Assembly (NCBI GenBank): GCA_965116495.1
Contig: OZ220696.1
Span: 3,488,001 to 3,552,000 of the forward strand
DNA: 64,000 nucleotides
DNA from: Gammaproteobacteria bacterium
GTDB lineage: Bacteria > Pseudomonadota > Gammaproteobacteria > Eutrophobiales > Eutrophobiaceae
Direction of reading: 5' to 3'
The position numbers and the translations under genes are program-made. Below the pieces are notes generated by a model, which did no database searches, had not been told where the DNA came from, and saw only the letters and a program-made list of their open reading frames with translations. Numbering within the stretch: position 1 is the first letter of the stretch; each line of letters opens with the position of its first letter. This document shows positions 20,543 through 29,849 of this stretch, in pieces.

Positions 20543-20567
20543 AATCAAAACGCCGCCCCGGGCGGCG
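20543..20567 (-). terminator. Probable intrinsic terminator between convergent hpaF and methyltransferase genes
   Basis: GC hairpin cgccgccccgggcggcg with an adjacent A-run, which reads as a U-tract on the minus strand. Confidence 0.55.
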
Positions 20568-20574
20568 CATTGAA

Positions 20575-21261
20575 TTATTTTACCGCCCTGAAATTAACCC
20601 AGTAACCGGTGCGCCAGCCCGTATCGACATGGCGGAAGCCGGCGGAGTGTAACCAGGCTTTCTGATCGGTATAATCGTCAGGCCAGTCGTAAGCGTCATG
20701 ATGTTCGGCCATCCACGCCCATTTTTCACCATCGGGATAGCTGGCATTGATGAACGTCCGCCATTCCCCGACCAGTCGTGTGTGTTCAGCGGAATTCTTT
20801 TTGACCATCATATCCGAGCAGGTGAAAATACCTCCCTGTTTCAGCGCATTGCAGAGCAGGGGAAAAATCCACTGTTTTTCCCCACTGTCGAGGTGGTGCA
20901 GGCTGAAATTTGCTGCAATAAGATCAAAATAGTCCTCGGGGAAGGTATAATCCCGGAAGTAACTCCTGACGCAGTTCATATTTATGCCGGAAAATCTTTC
21001 CCGGCATATGGCCAGCATGTCCGGCGAGACATCCAGCAAGGTATATTCGGCGTCGGGAAATTTTTCCAGAAGCAGGGCTGTCACATTGCCGTTGCCGCAC
21101 CCCAGGTCCAGGATTTTAGCCGCAGAAAAGCTGTCCGGCAGGCATTCACTGAGACTGGACAGCAACCGCAGGTAATGCGGGACAATGCGGATGATATCTT
21201 CCGTATAGTTATCGGAGAACCGGTCAAACTCGTCGGCAAGGGTTGCTTTAATTTTCATCAT
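20575..21261 (-). CDS. Class I SAM-dependent methyltransferase
   Basis: ILDLGCGNG, LLDVSPDML and FDLIAANFSLHHL motifs. Confidence 0.88.
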   Translation of the reverse strand: MMKIKATLADEFDRFSDNYTEDIIRIVPHYLRLLSSLSECLPDSFSAAKILDLGCGNGNVTALLLEKFPDAEYTLLDVSPDMLAICRERFSGINMNCVRSYFRDYTFPEDYFDLIAANFSLHHLDSGEKQWIFPLLCNALKQGGIFTCSDMMVKKNSAEHTRLVGEWRTFINASYPDGEKWAWMAEHHDAYDWPDDYTDQKAWLHSAGFRHVDTGWRTGYWVNFRAVK

Positions 21262-21290
21262 GGTATTTTACCCGATTAGTACACACTGAT

Positions 21291-22025
21291 ATGTCTTTGC
21301 TTGAACCGGTTGCAATCCTGATCGTATTCGGGTCGTTTTTTTCATCATTCATCAGCGCGACCTTTGCGGTGGGGGGCGGCTTCATCATGCTTGCCATCCT
21401 CTCCAGCGCATTGCCGATTACCTCGGCGGTGCCGCTGCACAGCTGGATGATGCTGGGCCTGTCGCTGGGCAGGTTCTGGTATTTCCGCAAGGATATAAAC
21501 TGGCCCATCGTATTACCGTTTATACTGGGCGCCTGTATCGGTGTGTTTGCCGGGGGCCGGGTCTATTTTGACCTTTCGGAATTTCTGTTGAGCCTGGTTA
21601 TCGGCTTGTTGATCCTGGGCGCGGTGTGGATGCCGCAACGGGTAAGGTGGGGGTCGCAGCTACCCACGCCGTTTTTCTGGGTCGGCATTATCCATTCCTT
21701 CATATCGACCCTGTTTTCCTTTGGCGGGCTGTATCAGCCGCTGATGCTGCGCGCAGCATTAACCAAGCTGCAAATCGTGGGGACACTGGCTGCGGGCCTG
21801 TTGCTCATGAACCTGCTCAAGCTGGGCGCATACAGTTATTACGGGTTTGATTACGGCCCCTATTTCGGCGTCATCCTGGCCGCTGTCCTGGTCGCCATCC
21901 CCGGCGCTTTCCTGGGGAAAAAGGTATTGCATCGAATCTCCGAAGACAGGTTCCGGCTCATATTCAAGATCATCATGACATGCTTTGCCCTGAGACTATT
22001 GTACAGGGCCTGGATTCTCCTCTGA
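21291..22025 (+). CDS. TauE/SafE sulfite exporter family membrane protein
   Basis: FAVGGGFIML motif, two-repeat multi-TM pattern and C-terminal GKKVLHRISEDRFR. Confidence 0.8.
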   Translation: MSLLEPVAILIVFGSFFSSFISATFAVGGGFIMLAILSSALPITSAVPLHSWMMLGLSLGRFWYFRKDINWPIVLPFILGACIGVFAGGRVYFDLSEFLLSLVIGLLILGAVWMPQRVRWGSQLPTPFFWVGIIHSFISTLFSFGGLYQPLMLRAALTKLQIVGTLAAGLLLMNLLKLGAYSYYGFDYGPYFGVILAAVLVAIPGAFLGKKVLHRISEDRFRLIFKIIMTCFALRLLYRAWILL

Positions 22026-22796
22026 GACCGGCCTGCCGGCGACCAGCCAGTAACCGTATCCCATCAGGATTGCTCCGGAGCAGGCATTGCCCAGCGTCAC
22101 CCAGACCAGATTGCGAACTGCCCCGGCCAACGAAATGCCCGCGCCATGTTCTGACAACAAGGCGACTGAGAACAGGGTCATATTGGCAACGGAGTGCTCA
22201 AAACCGGCAGCAATAAAAGCGAACAGGCACCAGAAGATGATGATGCACTTCGCGGCGTCGTCATCAGTTCGCGCCGCGCCCCAGATCGCAAGGCAGACCA
22301 ACCAGTTACACAGCACGGCGCGCATGAACAACTCCATGCCCGGGGCCGTCATTTTCTTCAGCGCGACGGTATGGATCAGGTCCTGGCCTCCGTCCTGAAG
22401 CACCACGCCACCACCGCCGAGCACAAATAACAGACCGAGCAGCGCCGATCCGAGCAGGTTGCCGGACCAGGTAGTGCCCCATGCGCGCGCCAGGTCGCCG
22501 GTCCTGATCCTGCCGGTCAAACGCCCTATGGTCATGTACATCGCATGGCCTGTGAACAGTTCCGACCCGGCAAAGATAACCAGCGTCAGCGCGATTCCGA
22601 AGCTGACACCCATCACCAGGTTGCGAATTGCCGGATCCGCCGTCTGCCCGACCGAAAAAATCAACAATATACCCATCCCGACGTAAACTCCGGCCATCAT
22701 TGAGGCTACCCAGAAACCAGGCGGATTGCTGGAAAGGAATCGGGTTTTCAGCGCGGCAAGCTCGGCGAATTCATTGATCGTATTATCAGGTTTCAT
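21996..22796 (-). CDS. nirC: Formate/nitrite transporter (NirC-like)
   Basis: GSELFTG, CNWLVCLAIW, GFEHSVANMT and VTLGN FNT signatures. Start at MKPDNTINEF. Confidence 0.85.
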   Translation of the reverse strand: MKPDNTINEFAELAALKTRFLSSNPPGFWVASMMAGVYVGMGILLIFSVGQTADPAIRNLVMGVSFGIALTLVIFAGSELFTGHAMYMTIGRLTGRIRTGDLARAWGTTWSGNLLGSALLGLLFVLGGGGVVLQDGGQDLIHTVALKKMTAPGMELFMRAVLCNWLVCLAIWGAARTDDDAAKCIIIFWCLFAFIAAGFEHSVANMTLFSVALLSEHGAGISLAGAVRNLVWVTLGNACSGAILMGYGYWLVAGRPVSEENPGPVQ

Positions 22797-22798
22797 GA

Positions 22799-23029
22799 TT
22801 AAGGAACCTCTGATAAAAACAGAGGTTCCTACGGTACAGGGATGTGCCGTCAAAATCAATGATAGTATGTCATTGATTTTGCGAGGGAAACAAAAATCGC
22901 ATTTTTGTTTTCACTCGCTACATCCTGGTAGCTCGCCGCAAGGCGGCAACAAGTTGTGCAAATCGGCTATCCTGCCGATTTGTGCGTACTCTGACAAGTC
23001 CTGGACGGACTTGAGCAGAGCTTCCTTAA
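22799..23029. mobile_element. MITE-like non-autonomous element with 14-bp terminal inverted repeats including TTAA ends
   Basis: Left ttaaggaacctctg matches the reverse complement of right cagagcttccttaa at 13/14 positions. Internal hairpins at 22802-22830 and 22851-22881. A related end (ttaatcaggggttcct) lies at ~13108-13123. No transposase. Confidence 0.6.
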
Positions 23030-23033
23030 TTCC

Positions 23034-24029
23034 TCAAATCACGGTAATCTGGCTGGATTTGCAACTGACCCATACCGTGGCGCCAAGTTGCAGGTTCAAC
23101 TCTTCCATTGCCGTGCGGGTGATCACGGCGTTGAACACCACGTCCGATTTTATCTTCAGGTGGATTTCTCCATTGACCGCGCTCATTGCCGTCACAGTAC
23201 CGGAAAAGTTATTGCGCATGCTGGATGACAGGCGCTCGGGGGAAATAACGAGATGCCTTGGATCGATGAACAGTTTATGGCCGGACCTGACGCTTTCCGG
23301 TACCGAAAAGCGTGCCTTGCCGCTGGTGAACGTGTTGCCGTTCACGTCCACCGTTCCGCTGAACAGGTTCCCGGACGAAACAGGATGTATGCGGCCGTTG
23401 ATCAGGTTGAGAATATTATCGGACAACGACAGCGCCCGCAGCCGGTCATGGGTGCTGAACAGTATCGTTTTCGACCGGTTCGCCCGTTGCGCGGCGATCC
23501 ACTCCTCAATGTCGTGGACGGTCACCTCATCCAGGTAGGTGAACGGTTCATCCATGATAACCACCTCCGGTTGCAAAGCCAGGGCGCGGGCCAGCGCAAC
23601 TTTCTGTATTTCACCACCTGACAGCTTGCCGGCGTCCCGGTCCAGCAGCGTCGCCAGGCCCAGTTCACCGGCAACGGTATTAACCGCAGCATTGATGGCG
23701 GCATGGGTTTCACCGCGGAATTTCAGCCCCAGGCCGATGTTGTCCCGGACCGACATCTTCATCAGGTAGGGTTTTTGCTGTACGTAGCCGACCTGGCGCC
23801 GCAGCAGGGCGGCAGTTATCCCGGCGGTCGGTTTGCCGCGCAACAGTATCCTGCCGGTATCGGGTTTGCGCAGGAAGGCCAGGATGTCGAACAGCGTGCT
23901 TTTACCGGAACCGTTGGGTCCGACCACTGCCGTTACCCGGTTGCGGCCGATGAGAAGTTCATCCAGGTCCAGTACATTCCGTGCGGAATAGGAAAACGTC
24001 AGGTCGGAGATTTTGTATAGGTGCTCCAT
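23034..24029 (-). CDS. tupC: Tungstate ABC transporter ATP-binding subunit with C-terminal TOBE domain
   Basis: GPNGSGKS, LSGGE and IMDEP motifs; SSMRNNFSG/AVITR TOBE domain; coupled to the permease. Confidence 0.8.
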   Translation of the reverse strand: MEHLYKISDLTFSYSARNVLDLDELLIGRNRVTAVVGPNGSGKSTLFDILAFLRKPDTGRILLRGKPTAGITAALLRRQVGYVQQKPYLMKMSVRDNIGLGLKFRGETHAAINAAVNTVAGELGLATLLDRDAGKLSGGEIQKVALARALALQPEVVIMDEPFTYLDEVTVHDIEEWIAAQRANRSKTILFSTHDRLRALSLSDNILNLINGRIHPVSSGNLFSGTVDVNGNTFTSGKARFSVPESVRSGHKLFIDPRHLVISPERLSSSMRNNFSGTVTAMSAVNGEIHLKIKSDVVFNAVITRTAMEELNLQLGATVWVSCKSSQITVI

Positions 24030-24718
24030 CAGCCCATGGCCTGGAAACGCTGTACGATGAAATTCACCAGGAAGGCCGTAACCAGCAATAATATTCCCAG
24101 GGCCAGGGCGAACTCGAATTCACCCTTGCTGGTCTCCAGCGCAATTGCCGTTGTCATGGTGCGGGTAAAACCTTCGATGTTGCCACCCAGCATCATGGCA
24201 ATGCCTACCTCGCCTATGGCCCGGCCGAAGCCGGCGACCATGGCGGCCGCCAGGGCAAACTTCACCTCGTTCACGTACATAATCCCCTGTTGCAGGGTGG
24301 ATGCACCCAGGGCCTGGCTGGTGGGGAGCAGGCGCGGGTCGGCGCTGGACGCCGCGGCGATGGAGAGGTTCCAGATGATCGGTAATATCAACACTGTCTG
24401 GCCGATGATGATGGCGCCGGTTGTGTACAGCAGGCCCAGGTCGCCCAGGACTCCCTTCCGGGTCAGCACGCCGTATAACAACAGGCCTACCACCACCGTC
24501 GGCAGGGCCATCAGGGTATTCAGTGTCTGTTGCAGCAGGCGCTTGCCCGGAAAGTCCCGCAGCACCACCATGATACCCAGGGGGATGCCGGCCAGCGCGG
24601 CCAGCGTGACCGCCACAACGGAAATGTGTAACGAGGTCCAGACTACCGTGTAGACTTCCCGGTCAAAACTGAATATGAGTGACAGCGCCGCGCCGGCCGC
24701 CGCGGAAAAATAATCCAT
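24029..24718 (-). CDS. tupB: Tungstate ABC transporter permease
   Basis: LMALPTVVVGL and GFGRAIGEVGIAMMLGGNIEGFTRTMTTAIALETSKGEF, the TupB signature. Confidence 0.88.
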   Translation of the reverse strand: MDYFSAAAGAALSLIFSFDREVYTVVWTSLHISVVAVTLAALAGIPLGIMVVLRDFPGKRLLQQTLNTLMALPTVVVGLLLYGVLTRKGVLGDLGLLYTTGAIIIGQTVLILPIIWNLSIAAASSADPRLLPTSQALGASTLQQGIMYVNEVKFALAAAMVAGFGRAIGEVGIAMMLGGNIEGFTRTMTTAIALETSKGEFEFALALGILLLVTAFLVNFIVQRFQAMG

Positions 24719-24728
24719 CCGGCCCGGC

Positions 24729-25076
24729 CTAGCCCGCCGCGAGGCCCACTATCGCCAGCAGTAGCGCAGCCAGCGCCAGGAAGAAAGCAAAACCGGAACG
24801 CTGCTGTTCCCGCTGCAGCGAACCGGCCAGCGCCTCGTTCTGGCGGGCCAGTTGCTCGATGAGTTTGATCTGCTCGACGCTGGCTTCATCCATTGCATCC
24901 AGGCGCGCCTCCAGCCTGTCGATGACCTGTTCCAGGTTGTCCGCCGTGACCGGGAGTTTTTCGGTGCGAGCGGGGGCATCCTGGTTCCGCTCCTTGATCA
25001 AATCGATTAGTTTGCCTGCGCCCTGAATGATCAGGGGGGCGGAATTGAGCAGTGTTTTGATGGTAAACGGGTTCAT
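24729..25076 (-). CDS. Hypothetical coiled-coil protein with C-terminal TM anchor
   Basis: Helical heptad-rich middle and hydrophobic C-terminus; fills the intergenic space co-directional with tupB. Start is 25076 or 25091. Confidence 0.65.
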   Translation of the reverse strand: MNPFTIKTLLNSAPLIIQGAGKLIDLIKERNQDAPARTEKLPVTADNLEQVIDRLEARLDAMDEASVEQIKLIEQLARQNEALAGSLQREQQRSGFAFFLALAALLLAIVGLAAG

Positions 25077-25125
25077 GAGTTTTTTAATCACTGTAGTATT
25101 CGCGTGCCGATATAGCGCGTCCGCG

Positions 25126-25153
25126 CTTGAAAAATTCTATCTCATCCCCATTT
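25126..25153 (+). promoter_or_regulatory. Sigma-32 (RpoH) heat-shock promoter
   Basis: CTTGAAA-N13-CCCCATTT matches the RpoH consensus, upstream of two Hsp20 genes. Confidence 0.8.
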
Positions 25154-25203
25154 TTTCTACCAGTAACACTTTTTACTCGCATATATAAATCTGGAGGTGA
25201 AAC

Positions 25204-25629
25204 ATGGTCAGATTATTTACAAGTCCCATTGACGGTCTATTGACCCTGCAAAAAGCGTTGTCGGACACGATGACGAGCGACTGGTTCGGATCAGGACTCA
25301 GCAGCCGCGGCGGGTTTCCACCGATCAACATATTCCAGGCGGACGGCGAATACGCAATTATTGCGGAACTGCCCGGGGTCAATCGTGAGGATATTGATGT
25401 CGACGTCCAGCGCAACCGCGTCAGGATTTCAGGAAAAAAGCAGGTGGACTACGGAGAGGGATCAAGCGTACACCGGCGCGAGCGGCAAACGGGCGCGTTC
25501 GACCGTACCTTCGCCACGCCGTTTGAGATAGACGCAGAGCGGGTCAATGCAGAATACCATGACGGTATACTGGCTTTGTCCCTGCCGCGGGCCGAGCAGG
25601 ACAAGCCCCGTTCCATCAATATTTCCTGA
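25204..25629 (+). CDS. Hsp20/alpha-crystallin small heat-shock protein
   Basis: FPPINI, AELPGV, RRERQTGAFDR and AEYHDGILALSLPR motifs. Confidence 0.92.
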   Translation: MVRLFTSPIDGLLTLQKALSDTMTSDWFGSGLSSRGGFPPINIFQADGEYAIIAELPGVNREDIDVDVQRNRVRISGKKQVDYGEGSSVHRRERQTGAFDRTFATPFEIDAERVNAEYHDGILALSLPRAEQDKPRSINIS

Positions 25630-25673
25630 ACTATTCAAGCGAACATTCAGCCATTCACAGGCAGGAGGTTATC

Positions 25674-26072
25674 ATGTCAAAGAATCAAGATTTAACTCCC
25701 CAGGAGAAGAAAGAACTGGATGCAAAGGAAGAGAAGACCTATGCCGGAAAATTCTATCTGCCCGGCACGGATATCTTCGAGACCGGTGATGCGATCACCA
25801 TGGCGCTGGAAATGCCCGGTGTCAGCAAGGAAAATATCGATATCAAACTGGAGCAGCGCCAGCTTTCGATCCAGGGCCATATCGATTTCGATAATTACGA
25901 AAACTTCAAGCCGGTCTATACGGAATATAACGTCGGCCACTACAGCCGCAGTTTTAACCTGTCCAGTGAGGTCGACACGGATAATATCAAGGCCAGTGTT
26001 GCCGACGGCGTATTGACCCTGATGTTGCCGAAAGCGAAGGAAACCCGGCTCAGGAAGATCCAGGTCCACTGA
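25674..26072 (+). CDS. Hsp20/alpha-crystallin small heat-shock protein
   Basis: DIFET, EMPGV, YSRSFNL and ADGVLTLMLPK motifs; GGAGG RBS. Confidence 0.92.
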   Translation: MSKNQDLTPQEKKELDAKEEKTYAGKFYLPGTDIFETGDAITMALEMPGVSKENIDIKLEQRQLSIQGHIDFDNYENFKPVYTEYNVGHYSRSFNLSSEVDTDNIKASVADGVLTLMLPKAKETRLRKIQVH

Positions 26073-26104
26073 CGGACGCGTTGTCTGCCGGCGCAACAAA
26101 GAGC

Positions 26105-26129
26105 GGGGACGGATTTTAAATCCGTCCCC
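26105..26129. repeat. GGGGACGG...CCGTCCCC palindrome
   Basis: ggggacggattttaaatccgtcccc, downstream of the hsp20 pair. Confidence 0.8.
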
Positions 26130-26198
26130 CATCCCACTATGCTGCGCCGTTTAATTATTTCACAAAGGATATCCGTTTATCCGTACAATAACCGGTAA

Positions 26199-27161
26199 AT
26201 GTCAAACCGATCCGAGATTCTCCGCCTTAAATCATTCATCTCCCGGCATATCATCGGCCAGCACACGCTGGTGGACAGGCTGCTGCTGGCGTTGCTGGCT
26301 GATGGTCATTTACTGGTCGAGGGCGCGCCGGGCCTGGCCAAGACCCGGGCCATCAAGGTCCTGGGTGACGGCGTCGAAGCGGATTTTCACCGGGTTCAAT
26401 TCACCCCTGACCTGCTGCCTGCCGACTTGACCGGCACCGAGATCTACCGCCCCCAGGACGGTACTTTCCAGTTCCAGCGCGGGCCGCTGTTTCATAACCT
26501 GATCCTGGCGGACGAAGTAAACCGGGCGCCGGCAAAAGTCCAGTCGGCGTTGCTCGAAGCAATGGCCGAGAGGCAGATTACCGTCGGCAGGGAAACCTAC
26601 CCGTTGCCGCAACTTTACCTGGTCATGGCAACGCAGAACCCGATCGAGCAGGAAGGCACTTACCCGTTACCGGAGGCGCAGCTTGACCGGTTTCTGTTGC
26701 ACGTCCGTATCACCTACCCGGAGGCGGAAGATGAACTGGCAATCCTGGGACTGGCCCGGCAGGAAGCCCGGCAGGGGTATGACCCGGCGCAACTGTCACC
26801 GGTGACCCAGGAAGCCGTGTTTGCTGCCCGCAACGAAGCGCTGGACACCTACATGGCCGCGAACCTCGAGCAATACCTGATCCAGCTGGTGCTGGCGACC
26901 CGCAGTCCCGGCGCTTATGGCGACGACCTAGCCCAGTGGCTGCAATACGGGGCCAGCCCGCGCGCAACCATCGCCCTGGACCGTTGCGCCCGGGTGCACG
27001 CGTGGCTGAATGACCGGGATTTTGTCGGGCCGGAGGACGTGCAGGCGGTGGTCTACGACGTTCTGCGCCACCGCCTGATATTGAACTATGAAGCGGAAGC
27101 CGAAGGGATCACCACGGACCACGTGATCGGTGAACTGATTACCCGCATCGCAGTACCCTGA
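26199..27161 (+). CDS. moxR: MoxR family AAA+ ATPase
   Basis: EGAPGLAKT, QFTPDLLPAD, LADEVNRAPAKVQSALLEAM and ATQNPIEQEGTYPLPEAQLDRF motifs. Confidence 0.95.
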   Translation: MSNRSEILRLKSFISRHIIGQHTLVDRLLLALLADGHLLVEGAPGLAKTRAIKVLGDGVEADFHRVQFTPDLLPADLTGTEIYRPQDGTFQFQRGPLFHNLILADEVNRAPAKVQSALLEAMAERQITVGRETYPLPQLYLVMATQNPIEQEGTYPLPEAQLDRFLLHVRITYPEAEDELAILGLARQEARQGYDPAQLSPVTQEAVFAARNEALDTYMAANLEQYLIQLVLATRSPGAYGDDLAQWLQYGASPRATIALDRCARVHAWLNDRDFVGPEDVQAVVYDVLRHRLILNYEAEAEGITTDHVIGELITRIAVP

Positions 27162-27168
27162 GGGCAGT

Positions 27169-28125
27169 ATGCAGGCCAACATCTCCAGCGCCGTTACTGA
27201 TCCGGTCCGGGTTTCCGTACCGGCCCTGGTCGGATTGAACCGGGCGGCCGCCTCGATCCGCCTGGGCAGCGGCAGGATATTCTCCAGGCAGGGCGGTGAC
27301 TACCAGTCCCCTTTCCGTGGCAGGGGAATGGAGTTTGATGAATCGAGGCTATACCAGCCGGGAGATGATATCCGCAATATAGATTGGCGCGTGACGGCCA
27401 GAACCGGCAAGACCCATACGAAACTTTTTCGGGAGGAACGCGAACGCCCGGTATTTGTCTGGATCGACCTGCGCAGGGCCATGCACTTCGCGACGCGCGG
27501 CAGGTATAAATCGGTCCTGGCCGCAGAACTGGCCGCATTGATCGGTTGGAGCGCACTGCATAACGGCGACCGGGTAGGGGGAGTGGTGTTTTCCGAAGAG
27601 GAACACCATGAGTTGAGACCCCAGCGCGGCAAGACTGCGGTATTGCGCCTGATCAACAGGATAGTCAAGGACGCCGGCTGGTCACATCCGGCGCTTTCCA
27701 CAAACGGCAGACAGTCCCTTGAACATGCCTTGCAGCGCCTGCGGCGCGTCGCCAGGCCGGGCAGCCTGATATTTTTAATCAGTGACTTCCGGCGCCTGGA
27801 CGCCCAGGCTGAGATAACGCTGACCAGATTGTCCCGGCATAACGAGGTCGCCATGTTGTTTGTTTATGACCAGCTTGAACAGGCATTGCCTCCGCCCGGG
27901 CGTTACAAGGTCAGTGACGGCGCCAGGGAGTTCCTGGTGGATAGCTCGGATAATCACCGGGTCAGGGAATACCGGCAGCAGTTCCGGGCGCGCCTGGGCC
28001 GGTTACAGCAGCTGTCCAGGTCAAACCGGATGATCTTGCTCCCGTGCAGAACCGATGCCGAACCGCTGCAACTGTTGCTCAGCGGCCTGAAATCCGGGGC
28101 AGGGGACGGGATTCGGGAACCATAG
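27169..28125 (+). CDS. DUF58 domain protein
   Basis: GMEFDESRLYQPGDDIRNIDWRVTAR, FREERER and LISDF motifs. Confidence 0.92.
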   Translation: MQANISSAVTDPVRVSVPALVGLNRAAASIRLGSGRIFSRQGGDYQSPFRGRGMEFDESRLYQPGDDIRNIDWRVTARTGKTHTKLFREERERPVFVWIDLRRAMHFATRGRYKSVLAAELAALIGWSALHNGDRVGGVVFSEEEHHELRPQRGKTAVLRLINRIVKDAGWSHPALSTNGRQSLEHALQRLRRVARPGSLIFLISDFRRLDAQAEITLTRLSRHNEVAMLFVYDQLEQALPPPGRYKVSDGAREFLVDSSDNHRVREYRQQFRARLGRLQQLSRSNRMILLPCRTDAEPLQLLLSGLKSGAGDGIREP

Positions 28126-28137
28126 AGTATCCGGGAA

Positions 28138-28791
28138 ATGCAGGCTGGTACATTGAACACGGATCCGGCAGCCTTGCCGCTCAGGGAAATCCACCTGCCG
28201 GACGCTGTCGGCTGGTGGCCCCCGGCGCCCGGATGGTGGATTTTGCCGATCCTCGTTTTACTTGCCGCAGGCATAATCTGGTATAGCCGGCTCCTGTACA
28301 AGCGGCGCAGGTATTCCGCCATTAACATGGCAAGAAAGGAACTGGTCCGGATCAAATCCCGCTATGCCGTTGACCGCGATGCCGGACACTGCGTCCGGTC
28401 CGTTTCCGGGTTATTGAGGCGTCTTTGCATCAGTGTTTTCCCAAGGGCCGAGAGCGCCGGGTTGACCGGCGCCGAATGGCTGGCATTTTTGCAGTCAGGT
28501 AACAGGCATTCCGCCTCTATTCGTCATACCGGACAGGGATTGTCCGGTATCCAGTCACAGGGAAGTAGATCTGGTATCCAGTCACAGGAAGGTGAACTTG
28601 GTGGCCGGGAACAGTGTCCGAAAAATAAGGAACCGGGCGTGGACGGCGTTATGCCGGAGAACATCGGCAGGTTATTGCTCGAAGCGCCGTACCGCCGGCA
28701 GGTCGCCCGTGAAGAAGTTGAAGACCTCATGGGCTTTTGCTCGGACTGGATCGAATCCGTAGCCCGGAATTCCCGTCAGGTGATGCGATGA
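28138..28791 (+). CDS. DUF4381 domain protein with a repeat-derived in-frame insert
   Basis: LPLREIHLPDAVGWWPPAPGWW and GLTGAEWLAFL motifs; extra low-complexity segment containing GIQSQ twice. Confidence 0.8.
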   Translation: MQAGTLNTDPAALPLREIHLPDAVGWWPPAPGWWILPILVLLAAGIIWYSRLLYKRRRYSAINMARKELVRIKSRYAVDRDAGHCVRSVSGLLRRLCISVFPRAESAGLTGAEWLAFLQSGNRHSASIRHTGQGLSGIQSQGSRSGIQSQEGELGGREQCPKNKEPGVDGVMPENIGRLLLEAPYRRQVAREEVEDLMGFCSDWIESVARNSRQVMR

Positions 28792-29840
28792 TAGGATTTG
28801 AATGGCCCTGGCTGGCGCTGATACTGCCGTTGCCGTACTTCGTTTACCGCTACGCGCGGCCCTTCAATGTTGCCATGAGTTCCGCCCTGCGGGTCCCGTT
28901 CCTGGATGACTTTGCCGAGGCTGAACCTGACATCAGGCGCAAATCCCGGCCCTGGCCGTTATGGATTGCAATATTTGCCTGGTGCCTGCTGGTTGTCTCC
29001 GCCATGCGGCCGCAATGGCTGGGTGACCTGGTCGATATCCCCGTAACCGGCCGGGAACTGATGCTGGCGGTTGACCTGTCCGGCAGCATGGAGCAGCAGG
29101 ACTTCTCCCTCGGTGGCAGGCGCATTGACCGACTTGCCGCGACGAAACTGGTCGCCGGTGATTTTATCGAACGCCGTGTCGGCGATCGGATCGGCCTGAT
29201 CCTGTTCGGTGAGCAGGCTTACCTGCAGGCGCCCCTGACATTCGATCGTGAAACGGTCAGGACCTTGTTGTCCGAGGCCGTGATCGGGCTTGCCGGCAAA
29301 GCGACCGCCATCGGCGATGCCATCGGCCTGGCGGTAAAACGCCTGCGCGAGCGGGATGAAAGCCAGCGTGTGCTGGTCCTGTTGACGGACGGCGCGAATA
29401 CGGCCGGCGTCGTAGACCCGCTTTCCGCGGCACAACTGGCGAGCCGGGAAGGATTGAAGATATACAGCATCGGCATCGGCGCGACTGAACTGGTCGAACG
29501 CAGCCTGTTCGGCGCCAGGAAGATTAACCCGTCGGCGGACCTTGACGAGGCCGCCCTGAAGGAGATCGCCAACCTGACCGGCGGCGCCTATTTTCGCGCC
29601 CGCGACCTGGGTGAACTGGAGCAGGTGTATGCGCTGATCGATGAACTGGAACCCGTTGAACAGGACCCGAAAAAGTTCAGGCCGCAGATATCCCTGTATT
29701 ACTGGCCCCTGGCCGCGGCGCTGTTGCTGGGTGCCCTGTTGACCCTGATGTACAGGGGGGGTCAGGCCGCAGATCAACTACGACCGGCCGGTTTGGGACA
29801 GATCCCGGGTCTGTCCCCTGCAACTATGCGGTTGCCCTGA
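28788..29840 (+). CDS. vWA-domain protein (BatA-like)
   Basis: MIDAS DLSGSM, TAIGDAIGLA and LLTDGANTAG motifs; ATGA overlap with the DUF4381 gene. Confidence 0.9.
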   Translation: MIGFEWPWLALILPLPYFVYRYARPFNVAMSSALRVPFLDDFAEAEPDIRRKSRPWPLWIAIFAWCLLVVSAMRPQWLGDLVDIPVTGRELMLAVDLSGSMEQQDFSLGGRRIDRLAATKLVAGDFIERRVGDRIGLILFGEQAYLQAPLTFDRETVRTLLSEAVIGLAGKATAIGDAIGLAVKRLRERDESQRVLVLLTDGANTAGVVDPLSAAQLASREGLKIYSIGIGATELVERSLFGARKINPSADLDEAALKEIANLTGGAYFRARDLGELEQVYALIDELEPVEQDPKKFRPQISLYYWPLAAALLLGALLTLMYRGGQAADQLRPAGLGQIPGLSPATMRLP

Positions 29841-29849
29841 GTTGAATAA

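Noticed and set aside
22726-23538. 270-aa plus-strand ORF spanning the MITE-like element (possible transposase)
   Set aside because: It is mostly antisense to tupC and nirC, with no DDE or HUH motifs.
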